A DNA stretch of 64,000 bases, from positions 267,592-331,591 of the forward strand of contig CAVVFV010000008.1 of NCBI GenBank assembly GCA_963747695.1, read 5' to 3'. The stretch comes from Candidatus Falkowbacteria bacterium. Its GTDB lineage: Bacteria; Patescibacteriota; Patescibacteriia; Patescibacteriales; WJLG01. The notes beneath the pieces are model-generated. The model ran no database searches, had not been told where the DNA came from, and was given only the letters and a program-made list of their open reading frames with translations. Shown here piece after piece: positions 8,338 to 15,512 of this stretch. Position 1 is the first letter of the stretch; each line of letters starts with the position of its first letter. The position numbers and the translations under genes were made by a program.

Positions 8338-8368
8338 CCGTTACGCGTTGCGCGTTACGGGTTACGCG
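8338..8368. repeat. right arm of the empty stem: CGTTACG-type heptamers
   Basis: ccgttacg cgttgcg cgttacg ggttacg cg. It is the reverse complement of the CGCGTAA/CGCATAA family. The VirB4 ATG follows at 8374. Confidence 0.88.
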
Positions 8369-8373
8369 AATAC

Positions 8374-10296
8374 ATGATAGATATAAGAAAATCAAATTTG
8401 GAAACCAAACGACCTCCGACCGAAGAGGAAGTGCTGAACGCCCAAGGCGGCAATGAAAATATTGCCGTTGTCCAGGAATTGGTCGAGGAAGAAAAGGCAT
8501 TTCGCCGCGGCGTTCTGTCGGTTTTGGATTTGATCGCTCCGGCGGCGATGCAGATGTTTCCCGATCATCTTCGCCTTGGCGACAAGTTTGTCCGGACGAT
8601 TTTCATTATCGGTTATCCGCGCTATATCAGCGTCGGCTGGTTCGCGCCGGTCATCAATCTGAACGAAGTTTTCGACGTGGCGATGTTTTTCTATCCGGTC
8701 AATACGGCGATAATCCTGAAGCAGCTGAAGAAAAAAGTCGGCGCGCTCGAAGCCCAGATAATTTCGGACGCGGAAAAAGGCGCGGCCCGCGATCCGCTGC
8801 GGGAAACCGCTTTGAAAGATATCGAATACTTGCGCGACGCCCTGACGCAGGGGATTGAGAAATTTTTCCAATTTTCTCTTTATGTCACCATTTATTCCAA
8901 CACCAAAGAAGATCTGGATAAGCTGTCCAATCAGGTCGAGGATATTTTCGGCTCGCGCCTGGTTTATTCCAAAAAAGTATTTTTCCAATCCGAGCAGGGT
9001 TTTAATTCCACTCTGCCGTTATGTAACGATGAATTGTACATCACTTTCAATATGAATTCTTCCCCGGCCGCTTCCTCTTTTCCTTTTATTTCGAGCGATC
9101 TGACGAGCGACCATGGAATCTTGTATGGCATCAACCGCCATAACAACAGCCTGATCCTCTTTGATCGGTTCAGTTTGCAGAACGCCAACAACGTCGTTTT
9201 CGCCACTTCCGGCGCGGGCAAGAGTTACGCGATCAAATTGGAAATATTGCGTTCGCTGATGATGGGCACGGACGTGATCATCATCGACCCGGAATATGAA
9301 TATAAGCATTTGTCCGAATCGGTCGGCGGCACTTACATCAACATCTCGCTAGCGAGCGAGGAAAAGATCAATCCGTTCGATCTGCCGCGCTCGATCGGCG
9401 GCGAATCCAAACCGGCCGACATCATCCGCGGCGCGGTGATTACCGTCAAAGGCTTGGTCCGCTTGATGCTGGGCGATCTTAACCATACCGAAGATTCGAT
9501 CGTCGATCGCGGCCTTTTGGAAACTTATGCCAAGAAAGATATCACTCCCGATGCCGACCTCTCGACGGTCGAAGCGCCGGTGATGCAGGATTTTCAGGAA
9601 GTTTTGGAAGGGATCGAGGGCGGCGCCGATCTGGCGATGCGTTTGCGCAAATATACCGAAGGGACTTTTGCCGGAATCTTGAACAACCCGACCAATGTCA
9701 AACTGGACAATCAATTGGTTTGTTTTTCCGTCCGCGACTTGGAAGATGAATTGCGGCCGCTCGCGATCTATACCATCATCAATTATATCTGGAATATCGT
9801 CCGGTCGGAATTGAAGAAAAGGATTCTGGTGATCGACGAGGCTTGGTGGCTGATGCAGAACGATGACAGCGCCAAATTCATCTATGCCCTGGTCAAACGC
9901 TGCCGCAAATATTATCTGGGCGTCACCACCATTACCCAGGACGTCAATGATTTCTTGCGTTCGCCTTATGGCCAGGCGATCGTGACCAACTCCTCGCTGC
10001 AATTATTGCTGAAGCAATCGCCGGCGGCGATCGATCTGATCCAAAAGACTTTCGTGCTGACTGAAGGAGAAAAATATCTGCTGTTGGAATCGGGCGTGGG
10101 CGAGGGGATTATTTTTGCCGGCAACAAGCACGCGGCGATCAAGATCGTCGCTTCCTACAGCGAGGATCAATTGATCACCTCGGATCCGCGGCAATTGCTG
10201 GAAATCGAGGAAGCCAAAAAAGAATTCGCCGCTTCAATGGATCAATCAGGCGGCCAGCCGGCCGCCGCTCCCGCCTTGCCGGATATGGAAATTTGA
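8374..10296 (+). CDS. virB4: VirB4/TrbE-family type IV secretion ATPase
   Basis: 640 aa. Walker A is ATSGAGKSY and Walker B is ILVIDEAWWLM. The N-terminal GYPRYISVGWFAPVINL...FFYP region is typical of VirB4/TraE (AAA_10). Confidence 0.85.
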   Translation: MIDIRKSNLETKRPPTEEEVLNAQGGNENIAVVQELVEEEKAFRRGVLSVLDLIAPAAMQMFPDHLRLGDKFVRTIFIIGYPRYISVGWFAPVINLNEVFDVAMFFYPVNTAIILKQLKKKVGALEAQIISDAEKGAARDPLRETALKDIEYLRDALTQGIEKFFQFSLYVTIYSNTKEDLDKLSNQVEDIFGSRLVYSKKVFFQSEQGFNSTLPLCNDELYITFNMNSSPAASSFPFISSDLTSDHGILYGINRHNNSLILFDRFSLQNANNVVFATSGAGKSYAIKLEILRSLMMGTDVIIIDPEYEYKHLSESVGGTYINISLASEEKINPFDLPRSIGGESKPADIIRGAVITVKGLVRLMLGDLNHTEDSIVDRGLLETYAKKDITPDADLSTVEAPVMQDFQEVLEGIEGGADLAMRLRKYTEGTFAGILNNPTNVKLDNQLVCFSVRDLEDELRPLAIYTIINYIWNIVRSELKKRILVIDEAWWLMQNDDSAKFIYALVKRCRKYYLGVTTITQDVNDFLRSPYGQAIVTNSSLQLLLKQSPAAIDLIQKTFVLTEGEKYLLLESGVGEGIIFAGNKHAAIKIVASYSEDQLITSDPRQLLEIEEAKKEFAASMDQSGGQPAAAPALPDMEI

Positions 10297-10360
10297 GACG
10301 GATAAAAAACTCAGTAAACAATATAAATTTACATATAAATATTAATTCGGCTTTGAATTT

Positions 10361-10393
10361 ATTGTCATATTGTTATATTGCCATATTGTTGTG
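10361..10393. repeat. left arm of an empty stem: tandem octamers ATTGNNAT
   Basis: attgtcat attgttat attgccat attgttgt g. Confidence 0.85.
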
Positions 10394-10450
10394 CGATGGG
10401 TTAAATAGTAAAAGACAATGATTTGATGAACAAGATTGGAAAATTGTTTC

Positions 10451-10483
10451 TAACAATATAACAATTTAGCAATATAACAATTT
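10451..10483. repeat. right arm of the empty stem: tandem octamers (reverse complement of ATTGNNAT)
   Basis: taacaatat aacaattt agcaatat aacaattt; next ATG at 10491. Confidence 0.85.
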
Positions 10484-10490
10484 AAAATCT

Positions 10491-11102
10491 ATGAACAAAC
10501 GAACATTAAGGATAATAATTTTGGTCGTCGTGATAATTTTATTGCTGCTCATCGTCGCTTATTTCCTGTTTATGTATAAATTCCCGGGCAGCGCCGTTAT
10601 TCCGATTGCGAACAAGCCGACCGCCGCAGTGACGACTAATAATATCGGACAGAATTCAACCGTCGCGCCGACCACGCCGACTCCGGCTAAACCGAGCGTT
10701 CCGCCGGCGTCAAACGACACGATCACCAAAACTAACCTGGTGAAGATCGCCGAATCGTTCGCGGAGCGTTTGGGCAGTTATTCCAATCAATCCAACTTCA
10801 GCAATATCAGCGATCTGAAGCTGCTGATGACCCCATCGATGCAATCCTGGGCGGACAAATATATCGTCGCCAACCAATCCGGGGCGTATTCCGGCGTTTA
10901 CCAGGGTGTAACCACTCAAGCGATTACGGCGGCGATCATTGATTTTGACGATGCCAAAGGCCAGGCCGATATTTTGGTGCACACCCAGAAGGCGACGCAG
11001 ACCGGTTCAAGCAGCCCGGTGGTCACTTACCAAGACATTACCATCACTTTCGTTAAACAGAAAAATATCTGGCTGGTAGACAATGCAGTTTGGAAGAAGT
11101 AA
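10491..11102 (+). CDS. membrane-anchored hypothetical protein
   Basis: 203 aa. N-terminal TM helix (IIILVVVIILLLLIVAYFLF), a Pro/Thr-rich linker, then a globular C-terminal part. Confidence 0.75.
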   Translation: MNKRTLRIIILVVVIILLLLIVAYFLFMYKFPGSAVIPIANKPTAAVTTNNIGQNSTVAPTTPTPAKPSVPPASNDTITKTNLVKIAESFAERLGSYSNQSNFSNISDLKLLMTPSMQSWADKYIVANQSGAYSGVYQGVTTQAITAAIIDFDDAKGQADILVHTQKATQTGSSSPVVTYQDITITFVKQKNIWLVDNAVWKK

Positions 11103-11182
11103 AATTAGGTAATTAGGATTTTCCCTTAGCGACTAAGATTGAAGGCAATCGCCCAAGTCCTAATCCCTAAGTTCCTAATTAT
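11103..11182. repeat. imperfect inverted repeat (AATTAGG units) with nested hairpin
   Basis: Left arm aattaggtaattagga versus right arm tcctaatccctaagttcctaatt. Inner perfect hairpin cttag-cga-ctaag at 11125-11137. Confidence 0.6.
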
Positions 11183-11219
11183 TAATATCATTATATTGAA
11201 AAGTTCAGAATGTTCGAGT

Positions 11220-12569
11220 ATGTCAGGTAAAACAAAGAATGTATATATTTGCACTAATTGCGGCGCCCAATCCATCAAATGGAGCGGGCGTTGTTTGGAA
11301 TGCGGCGGCTGGGGAACTTTGCAGTTGGAAACGGTCAATACCGAGGAAGGTAAAGCGGGAAATATCAATGCCGCCGTTCCGGCGCAAATTATCGATTTGG
11401 GAAAGATTGCCGACGAAAAGTTGGTCCGCTTGAAAACCGGCATCGAGGAATTTGACCGGGTTCTGGGCGGCGGTATCGTGCCCGGCTCTTTGGTGCTTCT
11501 TTCCGGCGAACCGGGAATCGGCAAGTCGACGATCGTGGCGCAAGTCGCCGATAAGATCGGATTGAATGGCAAAGGACAAGTGTTTTATGTTTCCGGCGAA
11601 GAATCGGCCGCGCAAGTTAAGGCGCGGCTGGATCGCCTTAATTGCGGTTTGGAAAATATCAAATTCATCAGCGAAACCGAGGCGGATAAAATTTGCGCCG
11701 CGCTGGTTAAAGAAAAACCGGCCTTGGCGATCATTGACTCGATCCAAACCGTTTATTGTCCGGAGATCGCCTCCGAGGCCGGCGGGTTAAGCCAGATCCG
11801 CGCCGCGGCGGTAAAATTTTTGGAAGTCGCCAAAAAAGATGGCGTAGCAATCTTGCTTATCGGCCACATCACCAAAGACGGCCAGATCGCCGGACCGAAA
11901 TCTTTGGAGCATATCGTCGATACGGTGATTTATCTGGAAGCGGATACGACTAATGATTATCGCGTCTTGCGGGCGATGAAAAATCGTTTCGGTTCGGTTA
12001 ATGAATTAGGAATTTTCGAGATGACCGGCGCGGGGTTTAAAGAAATCGTTAATCCATCGCTCGTTTTTGTGGAAACCGGCTTGGAAAATATTTCCGGCTC
12101 GGTCTTGTCGGCGGTAATGGAAGGCACCCGGCCGTTCATCGTCAATGTCCAGGCGCTCGCCACCAAAACCGTTTTCGGTTATCCGCAGCGCCGCGCTTCG
12201 GGATTCGATCTGAACCGTTTGCAAGTGCTCGCGGCAGTACTCACCAAAAAAGCCAAAATAAATCTGATGGCGGAAGATGTGGTCTTGAATATCGTCGGCG
12301 GTTTGAAATTGAACGATCCGGCGATGGACTTGGCGGTCTGTCTGGCAATCATTTCTTCTTTATTGAACAAGGTGATTGATAATAAGACGATCGTTTTGGG
12401 GGAGGTTGGTTTGGGCGGGGAAGTGCGCTCGGTGCCGAAGCTGGCCGAGCGTTTGAAGGAAGCGGAAAAACTCGGCTTCACCCGCGCCATCATTCCCGAT
12501 GCCAAAGTTTCCGGCGGCAAGATGAAATTGACTAAGGTCAAAAGCGTTTCCGAATTGCTGAGCGTCTAA
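11220..12569 (+). CDS. radA: DNA repair protein RadA/Sms
   Basis: Zn-ribbon CTNCGAQSIKWSGRCLECGGWG, Walker A GEPGIGKST, the KNRFG motif and a Lon-like C-terminal domain. ATG 11220 is preferred over the track start 11139, because the canonical RadA N-terminus begins at MSGKTK. Confidence 0.93.
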   Translation: MSGKTKNVYICTNCGAQSIKWSGRCLECGGWGTLQLETVNTEEGKAGNINAAVPAQIIDLGKIADEKLVRLKTGIEEFDRVLGGGIVPGSLVLLSGEPGIGKSTIVAQVADKIGLNGKGQVFYVSGEESAAQVKARLDRLNCGLENIKFISETEADKICAALVKEKPALAIIDSIQTVYCPEIASEAGGLSQIRAAAVKFLEVAKKDGVAILLIGHITKDGQIAGPKSLEHIVDTVIYLEADTTNDYRVLRAMKNRFGSVNELGIFEMTGAGFKEIVNPSLVFVETGLENISGSVLSAVMEGTRPFIVNVQALATKTVFGYPQRRASGFDLNRLQVLAAVLTKKAKINLMAEDVVLNIVGGLKLNDPAMDLAVCLAIISSLLNKVIDNKTIVLGEVGLGGEVRSVPKLAERLKEAEKLGFTRAIIPDAKVSGGKMKLTKVKSVSELLSV

Positions 12570-12648
12570 TCGGTAACGGATAAATTCATTATAAATAAAA
12601 AAACCGACGGTTAAATCGGCTTTTGGGACAGATTGCGACGCTGGGCGC

Positions 12649-12771
12649 TTACTTGCGGGTTTCTTTGGTTTCTCGCTTTATTCTTTCCATGATGAGTTTC
12701 GCGCGGGCGATCCGGTTGGGCTGGTTGTTGATCTTTTTGTAATCAAACTTTTCGGGATGGGAATTATTCAT
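12649..12771 (-). CDS. small basic protein, 40 aa (not in ORF track)
   Basis: MNNSHPEKFDYKKINNQPNRIARAKLIMERIKRETKETRK*. AGGAG lies 7 nt upstream of the ATG. A sigma70-like promoter (TTGACA-17-TAATAT) lies upstream on the same strand. Confidence 0.45.
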   Translation of the reverse strand: MNNSHPEKFDYKKINNQPNRIARAKLIMERIKRETKETRK

Positions 12772-12828
12772 GGCTTGCTCCTGGGCGGTTAAAGGACTGG
12801 GTATTTTGACTATCGTGGACGTGGTACT

Positions 12829-12857
12829 ATATTAGCAAATAATCGAGATATTGTCAA
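12829..12857 (-). promoter_or_regulatory. sigma70-like promoter for the 40-aa ORF
   Basis: Minus strand: TTGACA (12857-12852), a 17-nt spacer, then TAATAT (12834-12829). Confidence 0.5.
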
Positions 12858-12864
12858 ATTACTA

Positions 12865-12893
12865 TTGACTTAATTGTTAAATTATGATATAGT
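12865..12893 (+). promoter_or_regulatory. sigma70-like promoter for the 62-aa ORF
   Basis: TTGACT (12865-12870), a 17-nt spacer, then TATAGT (12888-12893). A second candidate, TTGACT-16-TATATT, lies at 12806-12833. Confidence 0.5.
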
Positions 12894-12941
12894 ATAGATA
12901 TCCTTAATAATGAAGAAAAGCACCTTTTAATAGGAGGAATC

Positions 12942-13130
12942 ATGCTATTAGGAATGGATTTCGCTTCGCCGGTGATGGTAGTCTGGTGCCGGAATGTCAA
13001 ATTAAAAAGCGCCATCGTCAGGTTGATCAAGTTCAATCTGTCCCTCGCGCTCGCCAGCGTCCTGATCATTTCGACCGCTATCTGGGTTGTTCTCGCTTTG
13101 TGGGGAACGGGCGGGTTACTGGTACGCTGA
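12942..13130 (+). CDS. small hydrophobic membrane protein, 62 aa
   Basis: AGGAGG lies 5 nt upstream of the ATG. One clear TM helix (LALASVLIISTAIWVVLALW). A strong terminator follows. Confidence 0.55.
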   Translation: MLLGMDFASPVMVVWCRNVKLKSAIVRLIKFNLSLALASVLIISTAIWVVLALWGTGGLLVR

Positions 13131-13148
13131 ATCAATTTTTTTTCAAAT

Positions 13149-13184
13149 GAGGCTCGTTCAATCGGACGAGCCTCGAATTTTTTT
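13149..13184. terminator. bidirectional rho-independent terminator
   Basis: gaggctcgt/acgagcctc 9-bp perfect stem (extendable), T-run 13178-13184, A/T-run on the other side; sits between convergent 12942 ORF and recG. Confidence 0.85.
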
Positions 13185-13233
13185 CAAAAATATTTTAACT
13201 TCGCAGGAATGTAATATCTTGCGCTTCTACCGG

Positions 13234-15408
13234 TTATTCCAAATGGATTTTTTCTTCGAAAATTTCCATTTCCTGCTTCAGGGCGGGATTTTTTTTAAGG
13301 TCAGGATCAGAATCAAGCAGCCTGACCGCTTCGGTCCGCGCTTCTTTCATTAATTCATAATCCCAAAGCGTAGCAATCTTCAATTCGGGAAAACCGGATT
13401 GGGCCGTGCCGAAAATTTCTCCTGAACCGCGCAATTTCAAATCCATTTTGGCTAAAGCAAAACCGTCGGAAATCTTTTCCATGGCCGACAACCGCTGCAA
13501 GGTTTTTTGGTCAAAAGAAGACGGGAAGAGAAAACAATATGATTGTTCCGCCCCGCGCCCGACCCGGCCGCGGAATTGGTGCAACTGCGCCAAGCCGAAC
13601 CGATCGGCGCCTTCAATCATCATAATCGTCGCATTGGGAACGTCAACTCCGACTTCGATAACGGAAGTCGAAACTAAGATTTTATATTCATTATTCAAAA
13701 AGCCGCGCATAATTTCTTCTTTGGCTTTGGCTTTAAGCCGTCCGTGCAGGGCGGCCATTTTTATTTCCGGAAAAACCGCTTTATCCAGCTTGAAAAATTC
13801 CTCCTTGACTGATTTTACTCCATAAAGATCCGATTCTTCGATCAGCGGGCAGATGACGAAAGCTTGACGCCCGGCATTTATCTGTTGGCGGATGAAATTA
13901 TAGGCCGCGGCGCGTTTTTCTTCCGGTACGATCCGAGTCATGATCGGCCGGCGGCCGGCCGGCATTTGCTTGATGACGGAAATATCCAGGTCGCCGAACA
14001 AAGCGATGGCAAGCGAGCGGGGAATCGGCGTCGCCGTCATTGATAATAAATGCGGCGTCAAATTACCCCTCCTTTCGAAGGACCCCCCTCCTTTTAAAGG
14101 AGGGGTTGGGGTGGTTTCGGGGGTGGTTCCGCCGGATTTGGTCATTAAAGCCTTCCTTTGCTCAACGCCGAAGCGGTGCTGTTCATCGATCACGGCCAAG
14201 GCCAGATTCTTGAATTTTACATCTTCACCCAATAAGGCATGGGTGCCGATGACGATATCGATTTCTCCCGCCTTGATCATTTTCAAAATTTCCGCTCGTG
14301 AAATTTTTTTGTCATCCTGAGCGGAGGCCGCCTCGGCCGGAGTCGAAGGACCGCTTAAGGTCGAATTTAATAAACGATAGTTATTTGTCAGTAAGGCGAT
14401 GCGCAGAGGGAAATTCCCTAATAATTTGCTAATCGTATTAAAATGCTGCTGCGCCAGAATTTCTGTCGGCGCCATCAGCACGCCCTGCTTATTATTCAAA
14501 GCGGCATTTAACAAGGCGATCACTGCCACCACAGTCTTTCCCGATCCCACATCGCCGTTCAAGAGGCGCGACATTGGCCGGGATTTGGCCAGATCGCCCA
14601 AGATCGCCCAGGCGGCTTGCCGCTGATCTTCGGTCAATTTGAACGGCAATCCGGCGACGAATTCTTTGGTATCTTTTTCCTTGAATTCAATGGTTTCCGC
14701 CCGCGCCAAATCGCGGTCTTTTTTTACCAATTGCGATTTCAATTGGAGCAAAAATAATTCGTCAAAAGCCAGCCGGCGGCGCGCCGCTTCGACATCAGCC
14801 CATTTTTGCGGAAAATGGATCAAACGCACCGCTTCCTCCAGTGTCAACAGATTAAGCCTGGTTCTGATCTCTAGGGGTACGGCATCGGACAGATTTTTGC
14901 TTTGGTCGATAATCTGGCTGATCAAAAATCGCAATTGTTTTTGAGTGATTTTCTCGGTCAGATGATAATTAGGCACCAGGCCGGCCGTGTGGATCAGCTT
15001 GCCGTAATTGACTTTTTCATAAACCGGCGAAGCCATCGTCAAGACTCCCTGATCTTCGGCGCGGCCGGCCAGCGAAACCGTATCGCCGACCCGCAAAGTT
15101 TTGCCGATGAACGGCTGGTTGAACCAGATGACTTTCAGCGTTTCCGTGCCGTCATTGACGAGCGCTTCGGTAATATTCATCCGGCGGTGATGGGCGCGGC
15201 GGTTTTCAATCAATTCGATCTGGCCGACGACATTGGCGGCCAGGCCGGCTTGTAAATCTTTGATCTTGGTCAGATGCGTAAAATCATCATAGCGATAAGG
15301 AAAATACCAAAGCAGATCTTCGACATAGTTGAGATCGATTGACGCCAGGCGTTTGCTGATACTGGCGCCCACGCCTTTGAGTTGGGTTAGGGGAGTGGAT
15401 AGTTCCAT
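13234..15408 (-). CDS. recG: ATP-dependent DNA helicase RecG
   Basis: 724 aa; GDVGSGKT, DEQHRFG, MTATPIPR, QLHQFRGRVGRG motifs. Contains two in-frame insertions derived from palindromic repeats (see findings). Confidence 0.93.
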   Translation of the reverse strand: MELSTPLTQLKGVGASISKRLASIDLNYVEDLLWYFPYRYDDFTHLTKIKDLQAGLAANVVGQIELIENRRAHHRRMNITEALVNDGTETLKVIWFNQPFIGKTLRVGDTVSLAGRAEDQGVLTMASPVYEKVNYGKLIHTAGLVPNYHLTEKITQKQLRFLISQIIDQSKNLSDAVPLEIRTRLNLLTLEEAVRLIHFPQKWADVEAARRRLAFDELFLLQLKSQLVKKDRDLARAETIEFKEKDTKEFVAGLPFKLTEDQRQAAWAILGDLAKSRPMSRLLNGDVGSGKTVVAVIALLNAALNNKQGVLMAPTEILAQQHFNTISKLLGNFPLRIALLTNNYRLLNSTLSGPSTPAEAASAQDDKKISRAEILKMIKAGEIDIVIGTHALLGEDVKFKNLALAVIDEQHRFGVEQRKALMTKSGGTTPETTPTPPLKGGGSFERRGNLTPHLLSMTATPIPRSLAIALFGDLDISVIKQMPAGRRPIMTRIVPEEKRAAAYNFIRQQINAGRQAFVICPLIEESDLYGVKSVKEEFFKLDKAVFPEIKMAALHGRLKAKAKEEIMRGFLNNEYKILVSTSVIEVGVDVPNATIMMIEGADRFGLAQLHQFRGRVGRGAEQSYCFLFPSSFDQKTLQRLSAMEKISDGFALAKMDLKLRGSGEIFGTAQSGFPELKIATLWDYELMKEARTEAVRLLDSDPDLKKNPALKQEMEIFEEKIHLE

Positions 15409-15477
15409 AGTTTGATCTTATCCTTTTTAAGGTCTTTTTTCAAATTAAATCCCGCCATCTTTAATATAGACGCGGGA

Positions 15478-15506
15478 TAAAAAAAGCCCGGTCGGATCGA
15501 CCAGGC
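15478..15506 (-). terminator. rho-independent terminator after the 15513 gene
   Basis: Stem gcccggtcg/cgaccaggc with one mismatch; T-run on the minus strand (A-run 15478-15485 on plus). Confidence 0.55.
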
Positions 15507-15512
15507 TTAGGC

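Noticed and set aside
11139-11219. Track start for radA at 11139
   Set aside because: The extra 27 residues are encoded by the inverted-repeat junction and are hydrophobic nonsense. The canonical RadA zinc-ribbon N-terminus begins at ATG 11220.
12854-13135. 93-aa minus-strand ORF antisense to the 62-aa ORF
   Set aside because: It spans both divergent promoters and lacks an RBS. The plus-strand ORF has AGGAGG, a promoter and a terminator.
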